A DNA stretch of 64,000 nucleotides from Escherichia phage vB_EcoM_Schickermooser. A program made the translations under genes and the position numbers. Position 1 is the first letter of the stretch. Each line of letters begins with the position of its first letter. Below, one piece after another: positions 20,210-27,654 of the stretch. The notes beneath the pieces are model-generated. The model was not told the DNA's origin and did no database searches. It saw nothing but the letters and a program-made list of their open reading frames with translations. The stretch lies in the sequence record NC_048196.1. One strand, written 5' to 3'.

Positions 20210-20680
20210 TTAAGCTGGCATGATTAAAAAAGAACTTTCCACTTCAAAATGCCAATCATCAACAAGCCCTGATTCCCAATCCTTCTCTTCATGGAAAGAG
20301 CAAATCCAACGGTACATACCTGGCGGTGTATTCTCAACATCTTCTGGCAACCCATAATCCAAAGCTGTCTTACCGTTCTCTGTAAAACTAGGATGGAGAT
20401 TAGGAGCCTTCAGTACAGAAACCATACCTCCAACATCCACAGCTACGATCCACTCTGTCATGTATGGGCTGTCATATTGAGGCTCATCAGAACCTACCTC
20501 AACAGCCTCTGTGCGTAAGATGATAATAGCCTGCTCTGTGATTGGGGCTTTGACAATATAACCGTGGTCCTCAAAAAGATCGATAACCTCGAACTCATCG
20601 CCGTTTTCGACACCATAACTCTTATTCAAAGAGATAAACTTCGGGTTATCATCGTAAGCTTTAGTTACTTTAATTCTCAT
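20210..20680 (-). CDS. hypothetical protein (156 aa)
   Basis: Track ORF. Confidence 0.45.
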   Translation of the reverse strand: MRIKVTKAYDDNPKFISLNKSYGVENGDEFEVIDLFEDHGYIVKAPITEQAIIILRTEAVEVGSDEPQYDSPYMTEWIVAVDVGGMVSVLKAPNLHPSFTENGKTALDYGLPEDVENTPPGMYRWICSFHEEKDWESGLVDDWHFEVESSFLIMPA

Positions 20681-20880
20681 TTTTCCTCCTTCACTTTAAC
20701 CTCAAATTCTACAGGATTACCCTCAATGTAAAAACACTGATACTCTGCCTTATCATCATCACGAGGCCAAGTTACCAAGGAGTTATAGCAATCTTCTGGT
20801 GCTTTGAAGATGGTTTTAGTCTCCACAGTAACATTCCCATTAAGTGTTGCCAATACCACCCACCCAGCTACAGGGATCAT
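20677..20880 (-). CDS. hypothetical protein
   Basis: Track ORF 20677..20898; start at ATG with GGAGG RBS. Confidence 0.4.
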   Translation of the reverse strand: MIPVAGWVVLATLNGNVTVETKTIFKAPEDCYNSLVTWPRDDDKAEYQCFYIEGNPVEFEVKVKEEK

Positions 20881-21059
20881 AGTGCCTCCACTTTCCACGT
20901 TTTACCCTTATCAACCAAGGTCTTTGCTACAGCATACTCCTTCCCATTAACAATGAAATAATAAACTATAAAAGATTTTCCGATTGTTACTGTCTTAGTA
21001 ACCTCTACGCGTTTAACACCTTGCATGTATTTTGCCTTACCGGAATAGAGTAAAATCAT
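20877..21059 (-). CDS. hypothetical protein (60 aa)
   Basis: Track ORF; ATGA overlaps with neighbours. Confidence 0.4.
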   Translation of the reverse strand: MILLYSGKAKYMQGVKRVEVTKTVTIGKSFIVYYFIVNGKEYAVAKTLVDKGKTWKVEAL

Positions 21060-21337
21060 TTTGCATTCCTCTTGTTGTTGATAACATCCATAGTAGTATA
21101 TGGTTTATTAGTGCCATGATACTCCAGAATCATTGGAGATCCTTCTTGCACTACTTCAAAGATACCATAAACAGAACTTTCAGCAAATACCATTTGCTTC
21201 GTACCTTCATCGTTTACAACGAGAGAAAACTTCTTGCCTGTCCCGTTGAGGATCTCGTATTTCTTGCCAGCAGTGAATAATCCAGAGTACCACTCATTAT
21301 CTGTTGCTTTTACACACTTCAGGAAAGTCTTGATCAT
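21056..21337 (-). CDS. hypothetical protein (93 aa)
   Basis: Track ORF. Confidence 0.45.
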   Translation of the reverse strand: MIKTFLKCVKATDNEWYSGLFTAGKKYEILNGTGKKFSLVVNDEGTKQMVFAESSVYGIFEVVQEGSPMILEYHGTNKPYTTMDVINNKRNAK

Positions 21338-21687
21338 TTCTTTTTGCTCCTCTTTTTAGATTTCTCATACAAACCTAACACAGCCGCTTCTTTTGCACAA
21401 GTAGGAACTGAAGTCATTCCTCTTCGTTTTGCTTCTGGTAGTTGCAAAGTCCATATTCCCCACCAATAAATTTGGTCTGCCGTGAGTGGTTCAGCCATTG
21501 GATCTGCCTCCTGCTCCTCAAGACGTTGCAACGCTTCTTCAATCTTCTCGATTGGTGTGTCAAAGACGAATGCCTCCGTATCAAATTTATCTTTCTTAGG
21601 AACTGATTTGGCTACTTTGAGAACCTCGTTTTTCTGTTTCTTAGTAACGTTCTTTGGCTTTGATAACTTCTTCGGTGTTTTCGCCAC
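21334..21687 (-). CDS. lysine-rich hypothetical protein (117 aa)
   Basis: Track ORF. Confidence 0.4.
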   Translation of the reverse strand: MAKTPKKLSKPKNVTKKQKNEVLKVAKSVPKKDKFDTEAFVFDTPIEKIEEALQRLEEQEADPMAEPLTADQIYWWGIWTLQLPEAKRRGMTSVPTCAKEAAVLGLYEKSKKRSKKK

Positions 21688-21880
21688 TTACTACCTCCAT
21701 ACGATCTAAAAAGTCATTCACAAATCTCCAGTAACGTTGACCTGTTCTAAGATCTTCATAGATAACCACAGGATCAAACACTTTAGATATTCCGGCAGGT
21801 TTTGGAAATTCCACTACCGTATATAAACCACCTTTTGCTACACAAGAATAGGTTACGCCTGTAATTGGATAGTTGCTCAT
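21641..21880 (-). CDS. hypothetical protein (79 aa)
   Basis: Track ORF. Confidence 0.4.
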   Translation of the reverse strand: MSNYPITGVTYSCVAKGGLYTVVEFPKPAGISKVFDPVVIYEDLRTGQRYWRFVNDFLDRMEVVSGENTEEVIKAKERY

Positions 21881-22071
21881 TTCTTTACGTACTCCATGAT
21901 TGGAGTATGGTCGCCAGTAAGCGTAACACGGCTGTAGGACACATCTTGTGTCTTCAATGTATCAATCCACTCTAAGAAGTGTTCTTTCGCTTCTGTGTAG
22001 TTCTGTGTGCCTTTAACAACGTGTATACCATCTAGCGTTACACGGAATACCATTTGAATAACGTCTTTCAT
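21877..22071 (-). CDS. hypothetical protein (64 aa)
   Basis: Track ORF. Confidence 0.4.
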   Translation of the reverse strand: MKDVIQMVFRVTLDGIHVVKGTQNYTEAKEHFLEWIDTLKTQDVSYSRVTLTGDHTPIMEYVKK

Positions 22072-22183
22072 TTCTTACCTCCTTTGTTGTCAAAGTAGCT
22101 TACCAGAACATCGTGAACCACACACATGGCAAAAATCAGAACAATTGTTGCCAGGATTGGGTTCTCACTAATTAGTGCTATCA
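22068..22183 (-). CDS. small hydrophobic protein (about 38 aa)
   Basis: Internal start of track ORF 22068..22265 with GGAGGTGG RBS. Confidence 0.3.
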
Positions 22184-22491
22184 TCTTTAACCACCTCCAA
22201 TTGCCTTTCGAGTTTGACTTTGTTTGAGAACTGATAATGACACAACTTACATTGCATGTCAACAATCTGATCGTGATTTAACCCTACAATTTTAACTTCC
22301 TTTGCACCATCCCACTCCAAATACTCAAAGCCATCCAAATGATTACTCTTGTCCAACAGGAATGCTATCTGCTGCCATTCAATCTGAATATCATTTAAAT
22401 GATATGCTGCACAGAAGATATCCTCGTAGTAAAAGACGATCATTGTCATTGCTTCGTCCAGCACAACTACCTCTTGTCTTGTAAATCTCAT
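22168..22491 (-). CDS. hypothetical protein (107 aa), first gene of leftward block
   Basis: Track ORF adjacent to divergent control region. Confidence 0.45.
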   Translation of the reverse strand: MRFTRQEVVVLDEAMTMIVFYYEDIFCAAYHLNDIQIEWQQIAFLLDKSNHLDGFEYLEWDGAKEVKIVGLNHDQIVDMQCKLCHYQFSNKVKLERQLEVVKDDSTN

Positions 22492-22968
22492 TCTAGCCTC
22501 CTAAACGCGTCTCTGACGCACTTTTTATATATAAGATGATAAATCACCTTACCTAGTAAGTGAACTTTCTCTACGAGCCTCTTATGAAGCTTATGTTATA
22601 GGCTATACTATTGCTACCTATTTAAGCAAGGTTTTTTGCACAAAGAAAATAATTTTTAATAAAACTCTTGACTTTTGTGTTCGAAGTGTGCTACCCTAGA
22701 AATCTATTAACGAGCGCAGCGAGTTAAGGTTTTAGGTTGTTGATGTAGTACTCTGTACTCAAGTACTGTACTCCGTACTAGATTAATAATTATTAAATAT
22801 TAATAATAAATAATTATTAGATCTAACAAACAGGTACAGTGTATCAGAACTGGTACGTACAGATCAACTTCTATCAATTAAAAATAATAAATTATTATAA
22901 ATAATACTTGATCTATAGATTAGTATGAAGTACAGTACGGAACATCTTAACAAGAATGGAGGTGTGCA
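22492..22968. promoter_or_regulatory. divergent intergenic control region (candidate early promoters and/or replication origin)
   Basis: 477 bp non-coding between leftward and rightward gene blocks; GTACT repeats and AT-rich palindromes. Confidence 0.5.
22746..22782. repeat. cluster of five GTACT repeats
   Basis: GTACTCTGTACTCAAGTACTGTACTCCGTACTAG read directly. Confidence 0.7.
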
Positions 22969-23154
22969 ATGATTAGTGAGAATCCGTGCAAATGGCATCA
23001 TGTGCCTATTAAAGATTGTATGTCTTGTAATCCACGTTCTATTTATAACATTGCATCTTATGACGATGACAATGTGTTAGACGATGATGAAGGCTGGGAG
23101 GATTTAGATTGGACTGGTTATGAAACCAAAAAGGATAAAATTATTCCTAGTTGA
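22969..23154 (+). CDS. hypothetical protein (61 aa)
   Basis: GGAGGTG RBS before ATG. Confidence 0.45.
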   Translation: MISENPCKWHHVPIKDCMSCNPRSIYNIASYDDDNVLDDDEGWEDLDWTGYETKKDKIIPS

Positions 23155-23191
23155 CTTAAGATATCCTTCGTGCTAAACTAGAAGTGAGGAG

Positions 23192-23443
23192 ATGCCGATC
23201 ACTCCCCATTTGGGGTTCGAAGGATATATGCAAAATAGTTTTTATTTTAGGTGCCGTGCTTGTAATAGGCATTTGACAAACCACTCCAGACGTGATAAAA
23301 ATGGAGTCATCAAGGAATCAGACCTCTGTTCTATTTGCACAGGTTTGGCTTTTGATGATAGTCCCGAAAGGGTTTATCAGCATCAATGTATAACAGACGT
23401 TCTCGTGTCAAACTTGGTAGAGGACGAACAACTAACAGATTAG
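23192..23443 (+). CDS. hypothetical Cys-rich protein (83 aa)
   Basis: GAGGAG RBS. Confidence 0.4.
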   Translation: MPITPHLGFEGYMQNSFYFRCRACNRHLTNHSRRDKNGVIKESDLCSICTGLAFDDSPERVYQHQCITDVLVSNLVEDEQLTD

Positions 23444-23451
23444 GAGGAACA

Positions 23452-23700
23452 ATGTCTCTATTAGAAAAACACGTGTTTGAAGATGGTAACGGCAATGCAG
23501 TTTTTCTTTTCCATCCAGAAAAATACACATCTGAAAACAATGGTACAACTTCTATTGTAATCACTAAAGATGTTAAAGTTATTGATTTCTTGGCTCTGAT
23601 GCGAGAGATGGATCTTGAAATTAATACTTTTAACGCAGAAGCTTTGGTTGTTGCTCTTCTGGAAAAGAAAGATAGTGAAGAAGTAGCAGAATATGCTTAA
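23452..23700 (+). CDS. hypothetical protein (82 aa)
   Basis: AGGAGG RBS before ATG at 23452; track start 23386 likely too early. Confidence 0.45.
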   Translation: MSLLEKHVFEDGNGNAVFLFHPEKYTSENNGTTSIVITKDVKVIDFLALMREMDLEINTFNAEALVVALLEKKDSEEVAEYA

Positions 23701-23707
23701 ATAACTA

Positions 23708-23737
23708 TTGACAAACGTATCCTTCATATGTTAGGAT
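23708..23737 (+). promoter_or_regulatory. sigma70-like promoter, copy 1 of AACTATTGACAA family
   Basis: TTGACA-18nt-TAGGAT. Confidence 0.45.
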
Positions 23738-23946
23738 ACGTTCATCAAGTGTGGTAACAGGGTCGTTGACTTTTGTTAAGAGGGGCTTGCACTGCGGTAG
23801 TGTTAGAGACTACTTCTTCAGAGGTTAGCTACCAAAGAGGAAAAGGAATAGTCTCGGCTCAAGAACTTTTACGCTGAAAGTTGGGCTTGGTCTTAGAGAA
23901 TGTAGCGGTTCTCTACAATCGTCAGCGTCTCTGTTACCACATTTAT

Positions 23947-24021
23947 GGCCCTGTAGCTCAATGGGAGAGCTGTCGGCTCATAACCGATAGGTAGCTGGAT
24001 CGAAACCAGCCAGGGCCACCA
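23947..24021 (+). tRNA. tRNA-Met or Ile2 (anticodon CAT)
   Basis: Cloverleaf folded by hand; anticodon loop CTCATAA; encoded CCA. Confidence 0.8.
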
Positions 24022-24023
24022 AA

Positions 24024-24098
24024 GTCTTTATGGTGTAATGGATAGCACAGGAGTCTTCTAAACTCTTAGTCAAGGTTCGATTCCTTGTAAAGACACCA
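24024..24098 (+). tRNA. tRNA-Arg (TCT)
   Basis: 7-bp acceptor stem, loop CTTCTAA, T-loop TTCGATT, encoded CCA. Confidence 0.8.
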
Positions 24099-24294
24099 GA
24101 ACATTTTAACATGAATTAGCTCAAGTGATTTGAACCCACTACTGATCATGGTGGCAGAGAATGAGGCAAGTATGTCAGACATTATAAACAAAGGCCACGG
24201 TTATATTAGAAGACATAAATGCTCGAAGAGCACCGTTCGTGGAGAACGGGGGTTGGTGGAGTCACCATTCATGGTAAAATGTTTTAAAAAACTA

Positions 24295-24324
24295 TTGACA
24301 ACAAGTATTATTTTATGTTAGATT
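24295..24324 (+). promoter_or_regulatory. sigma70-like promoter, copy 2 of AACTATTGACAA family
   Basis: TTGACA-18nt-TAGATT. Confidence 0.45.
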
Positions 24325-24332
24325 ATAAGTAT

Positions 24333-24423
24333 GGAAGGGCAAATCGACGTGGCGACGAAAACGGTCTTGAAAACCGCCGAGCTTTAAAGAGCCTTGGGAG
24401 TTCGACTCTCCCTCCTTCCGCCA
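24333..24423 (+). tRNA. tRNA-Ser (TGA), long variable arm
   Basis: Loop CTTGAAA, long extra arm, discriminator G, CCA. Confidence 0.7.
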
Positions 24424-24428
24424 GGTTA

Positions 24429-24514
24429 GGTAGATTGGTGAAATGGTAGCCACGACAGTTTGCTAAACTGTAGTCGGAAACGGCGTGTAGGTTCGAGTCC
24501 TACATCTACCGCCA
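24429..24514 (+). tRNA. tRNA-Ser (GCT), long variable arm
   Basis: Stem ACAGT/ACTGT, loop TTGCTAA, long extra arm, G73, CCA. Confidence 0.75.
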
Positions 24515-24644
24515 AGTTCTTTTTAATGTAGCTTACTTTAATAGAGTAAACTTTCGGCAAATGGCCCCCACCATCTTACCGATAACTCATAGTTAGTGGT
24601 GCGAACACTGGCTATTTTAAAAAGAATTTAAATACTAGCATTTA

Positions 24645-24732
24645 GGTGAGTTAATTCCGTAGGGGTAGCGGGGCAGACTGTAAATCTGTTATCATTGCGA
24701 TTCGGGTGGTTCGACTCCATCACTCACCACCA
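24645..24732 (+). tRNA. tRNA-Tyr (GTA), long variable arm
   Basis: Anticodon arm GCAGA-CTGTAAA-TCTGT closely matches E. coli tRNA-Tyr; A73, CCA. Confidence 0.7.
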
Positions 24733-24738
24733 AATTAA

Positions 24739-24824
24739 GATGAGTTGGCTGAATGGTTTAAGCGGCGGACTGTTAATCCGTGTTCGAAAGAACGATATAG
24801 GTTCAAATCCTATACTCATCGCCA
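24739..24824 (+). tRNA. long-variable-arm tRNA with Asn-type anticodon arm (GTT)
   Basis: Acceptor GATGAGT/ACTCATC, 3-bp D-stem, anticodon arm GCGGA-CTGTTAA-TCCGT, 15-nt extra arm with GTTC-GAAA-GAAC hairpin, G73, CCA. Confidence 0.55.
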
Positions 24825-24831
24825 GAATTAT

Positions 24832-24910
24832 GGACTTGTAGAGTTAAGGTAAACCCCCCAGTCGCCAAGAGGCTTCTGGAATTGCAGGTATCGAATCCTG
24901 CCGAGTCCCA
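24832..24910 (+). ncRNA. tRNA-like element with degenerate D and anticodon arms
   Basis: Acceptor GGACTTG/CGAGTCC and T-arm-like hairpin present; no canonical anticodon arm. Confidence 0.25.
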
Positions 24911-24915
24911 GCTTT

Positions 24916-24990
24916 GCTCCTATAGTATAATGGCTATTACAACGGTTTTGTAATCCGTGGATCTCTGTTCGATTCAGAGTGGGAGCACCA
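24916..24990 (+). tRNA. tRNA-Thr (TGT)
   Basis: Loop TTTGTAA, T-loop TTCGATT, CCA; one mismatch closing anticodon stem. Confidence 0.7.
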
Positions 24991-25263
24991 ACACAACATT
25001 AAGGGCACTGTGATTGATCGTCGTATCCTGTGCACAAGGTCTGTTCGAAAGACAGTGTTCTTAGTATTGTGTTGATCACAAAAAGAGTTACCTGAAACTT
25101 GACCGGAGTAGGGTTGGATGGGGCAAAAGAAGAAGCGGCTCTCCCATCGACAGCAACGAAGAATAATATTTGACTTTGGTTTTGTATTATTTTAAGTTAG
25201 CTTACCGAACGTAGGGCTAGTCACCCAATGGGATACTCGTCACTGTCCCACTCAATAAAACTA

Positions 25264-25293
25264 TTGACAACCAATAGTAAAATGTAGTATAGT
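25264..25293 (+). promoter_or_regulatory. sigma70-like promoter, copy 3 of AACTATTGACAA family
   Basis: TTGACA-18nt-TATAGT. Confidence 0.55.
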
Positions 25294-25304
25294 AAAGATG
25301 TAGG

Positions 25305-25378
25305 GCGTTCTTGGTGTAGCGGTAGCATTCCGTCCTTCCAAGTCGGCGGCACGAGTTCGATCCTCGTAGAACGCTCCA
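25305..25378 (+). tRNA. tRNA-Gly (TCC)
   Basis: Loop CTTCCAA, T-arm ACGAGTTCGATCCTCGT, discriminator T, CCA; layout like E. coli tRNA-Gly. Confidence 0.75.
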
Positions 25379-25476
25379 AATTATTTAATAAAGGGTTGCC
25401 AGAAAACTTTCTCTTTTACTCATGGTTTTCTCCTTCTCTCACACCTCTTCTGGTTGCCCTTCATTAAATGATTTAT

Positions 25477-25552
25477 TGGTTTGTAGTGTAGTCAGGTAGC
25501 ACACGACACTTTGACTGTCGTAGGTTTGGTTCAAATCCAGACAGACCAGCCA
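25477..25552 (+). tRNA. tRNA-Gln (TTG)
   Basis: Stem CGACA/TGTCG, loop CTTTGAC, CCA. Confidence 0.7.
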
Positions 25553-25557
25553 TATAA

Positions 25558-25634
25558 CGGAATTTAGCTCAGTTTGGTAGAGCATACGCTTTGGGAGCGT
25601 AGGGTCGCAGGTTCGAATCCTGCAATTCCGACCA
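25558..25634 (+). tRNA. tRNA-Pro (TGG)
   Basis: D-arm GCTCAGTTTGGTAGAGC, loop TTTGGGA, CCA. Confidence 0.8.
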
Positions 25635-25640
25635 ATTTAA

Positions 25641-25714
25641 TGTTTCGTAGTTCAATGGTAGAACCCACGACTGATAATCGTGAGACACAAGTTCGATTCT
25701 TGTCGAAACAACCA
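25641..25714 (+). tRNA. tRNA-Ile (GAT)
   Basis: Stem CACGA/TCGTG, loop CTGATAA, CCA. Confidence 0.75.
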
Positions 25715-25716
25715 AT

Positions 25717-25790
25717 TTCCCGTTAGACTTACAGGATAAGAGTTCCACAGCTTATTGTGATGCTGGTTCGAATCCAGCACGGGATACATA
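25717..25790 (+). ncRNA. tRNA-like element with non-canonical anticodon arm
   Basis: Acceptor, D and T arms (GCTGG-TTCGAAT-CCAGC) present; anticodon region folds only as CACAG-CTTA-TTGTG hairpin; no encoded CCA. Confidence 0.3.
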
Positions 25791-25792
25791 AT

Positions 25793-25871
25793 AGCGGGAT
25801 AGAGGAGTCTGGTCGTCCTCGCCAGTTTCATATGCTGGAGATCATCGGTTCAAATCCGATTCCCGCCTCCA
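25793..25871 (+). tRNA. tRNA-Met or Ile2 (anticodon CAT), second CAT tRNA
   Basis: Loop TTCATAT, T-loop TTCAAAT, CCA; A1-C72 mismatch. Confidence 0.65.
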
Positions 25872-25984
25872 AATATCGCTTGCCAGCGGTATCTTTGAAG
25901 ACCTTGCCTGGTTCCTTCTAAGATGGAGGGGTGCGACTCCTTAACGCACAACATACTACTACTAAATACTTATCAGGAGATATC

Positions 25985-26254
25985 ATGTATACTTTAAAAG
26001 TAATTCGCAAGTTTCCTCAAGAAGAGGAAGTAAGAATTTATAACACTGTACCATTCGTAGTAAATGAAGAAGAATTCTTTTATTGCTTAGAAGATGAAGT
26101 AATTATTCAATATCATTGGGAAGGTTACGACAGACAAGATGGTGTTGTAGCTTCTGTGCTTGCTGGTGATAGAGTGTTATTCATTCACAAAACTGAATCA
26201 GCATATCTAATGAATGATAAAGGACAAACTGTTAAAGTAATTAACAGACCATAA
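25985..26254 (+). CDS. hypothetical protein (89 aa)
   Basis: ATG preceded by AGGAGA; track start 25931 lies in tRNA spacer. Confidence 0.5.
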   Translation: MYTLKVIRKFPQEEEVRIYNTVPFVVNEEEFFYCLEDEVIIQYHWEGYDRQDGVVASVLAGDRVLFIHKTESAYLMNDKGQTVKVINRP

Positions 26255-26266
26255 AGAATTTTATAA

Positions 26267-26290
26267 AAGCCTCCTTATTGGAGGCTTTTT
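26267..26290 (+). terminator. rho-independent terminator
   Basis: AAGCCTCC-TTATT-GGAGGCTTTTT. Confidence 0.55.
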
Positions 26291-26309
26291 GCTATCTATT
26301 GAATAAAAC

Positions 26310-26338
26310 TTGACTTATTATTTTTTATATGTTAAGAT
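26310..26338 (+). promoter_or_regulatory. sigma70-like promoter TTGACT-17nt-TAAGAT
   Basis: Read directly upstream of 26360 gene. Confidence 0.5.
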
Positions 26339-26359
26339 AAGGTTTAGGAGGATTTTATT

Positions 26360-26656
26360 ATGCCTAAACTAAAACGTGGTCGTGGAAGACCAACAGCCGA
26401 AATGCAACAGATTTACGCAATGGATGCGGCGCAAGCAAGTGTAAAAGAATTATTTGCAGAGCATTATTTAGAAGCTATGCGATATATTGTTGAACTTGTT
26501 AATGATAAGGATGCAGCAAAACCTCTCCGCTTCCAAGCAGCTAAAGCTATTAAAGAGCAAGTAGAAGAATGGTTAGAAGAACATTATGAAGCTATGGAAG
26601 AAGAAACCCCTGCCGTGCAGAATACAGATGACGTTCCTAAAAAGATCGTAATCTAA
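26360..26656 (+). CDS. small DNA-binding protein, possible terminase small subunit
   Basis: 98 aa; GRGRPT motif near N-terminus; positioned upstream of terminase. Confidence 0.35.
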   Translation: MPKLKRGRGRPTAEMQQIYAMDAAQASVKELFAEHYLEAMRYIVELVNDKDAAKPLRFQAAKAIKEQVEEWLEEHYEAMEEETPAVQNTDDVPKKIVI

Positions 26657-26705
26657 TCCCTCTCCTCTCTTGGGGCTTTGCCCCTCCTCCTTGTTATTTT
26701 TAACA

Positions 26706-26734
26706 CCCCTCTCCGAAAGGTTAGGGGCTTTTTT
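26706..26734 (+). terminator. rho-independent terminator
   Basis: CCCCTCTCCGAAAGGTTAGGGG followed by CTTTTTTATTTTT. Confidence 0.5.
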
Positions 26735-26745
26735 ATTTTTAATGC

Positions 26746-26775
26746 TTGCAATTGTATATCATTTTGTGATAAGAT
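26746..26775 (+). promoter_or_regulatory. sigma70-like promoter TTGCAA-18nt-TAAGAT
   Basis: Read directly. Confidence 0.4.
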
Positions 26776-26796
26776 CAGATATGAGGAGGATAAAAT

Positions 26797-26967
26797 ATGC
26801 GCAATTTTGTAGTTAAAAATGACTTTAACCGCTCTTCTTATCATAAAGATAAAAAGAATGATTACACACGTGTTTGGAATTTGGAGGAAGAACTCTATGA
26901 CGATAGAGAAGACGTGGGAAGAGATCCTAGCGGAATCTCAACCAATGGAAGTGAAGAAGATAGTTAA
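26797..26967 (+). CDS. hypothetical small protein (56 aa)
   Basis: Strong RBS GAGGAGG before ATG; below track cutoff; overlaps alternative frame 26897..27034. Confidence 0.35.
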   Translation: MRNFVVKNDFNRSSYHKDKKNDYTRVWNLEEELYDDREDVGRDPSGISTNGSEEDS

Positions 26968-27017
26968 TAATGCCCCTTCTCTTCCTAAAATAAAATTTTA
27001 TGAGGAAGCAGAAGATA

Positions 27018-27410
27018 ATGAATCTAAAGACTAAAACTGTATTAGGTTTTGTTTTAATTGTCGTTCTTATTCTTGCTGGAATGTTTGCTTATAACAAGAT
27101 ACATGAGTCTGGCTACAAAGATGGTGTTGTCTATCAAACGCAATTGTATCAAGCAGCCCAAGCAAAAGCAAAACAAGATTTTGATGTTCTTCAAAAAAGA
27201 GCAGATGAAGAAAGAGCATTATTAAATACTCAAATAAACAACTTGTCTAAAAACAATGCACAATTAAAAGCAGATTTAGAGAAGAAGAAACAAACGATCA
27301 ATGAGGATACAACGAATTATGCAAAAACTAATTCTGGCAGTATGTCTTGCTTTGCCCCTAATGATGACGGGTTGTTCATCATCAACAAAAGCTTCCCCAG
27401 TTCTTATTGA
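27018..27410 (+). CDS. i-spanin (Rz-like)
   Basis: N-terminal TM helix then coiled-coil; contains embedded out-of-frame lipoprotein gene. Confidence 0.5.
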   Translation: MNLKTKTVLGFVLIVVLILAGMFAYNKIHESGYKDGVVYQTQLYQAAQAKAKQDFDVLQKRADEERALLNTQINNLSKNNAQLKADLEKKKQTINEDTTNYAKTNSGSMSCFAPNDDGLFIINKSFPSSY

Positions 27411-27645
27411 TGAGTGTAAGGCCGTAGCAATAGAAAAGGTTAAAGGTCCAGATTCGGACTTGATGGATAAAGTATCGACACCTGTGCCATACACTAAAAA
27501 TCAAATTGCAAAAGGGGTTAGTAGATCTGAAGTTGTCAACAACCAAACTCAAAACAATGCTCTTTGGGAGCAAGATAGACGAAAGGTTTTAGGTTTACAA
27601 GCATATATTAAAACACTGCAAGAAAAAGGTATTATTGCTGAATAA
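27319..27645 (+). CDS. o-spanin (Rz1-like outer-membrane lipoprotein)
   Basis: Signal peptide with lipobox LMMTGC; starts inside i-spanin gene in another frame. Confidence 0.5.
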   Translation: MQKLILAVCLALPLMMTGCSSSTKASPVLIDECKAVAIEKVKGPDSDLMDKVSTPVPYTKNQIAKGVSRSEVVNNQTQNNALWEQDRRKVLGLQAYIKTLQEKGIIAE

Positions 27646-27654
27646 GGAGGGAAT

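Noticed and set aside
22502-22525. Hairpin GCGTC-TCT-GACGC plus T-run, as a plus-strand terminator
   Set aside because: No plus-strand gene upstream to terminate; more likely an operator or part of the early promoter region.
22746-22940. GTACT/GTACAG repeats as a possible CRISPR array
   Set aside because: Repeat units are 5-8 bp with irregular spacing; no CRISPR-sized repeats or spacers and no cas genes.
24130-24321. Plus-strand ORF (63 aa) inside tRNA-array spacer
   Set aside because: No RBS, runs through inverted repeats and the promoter copy at 24295; more likely non-coding RNA.
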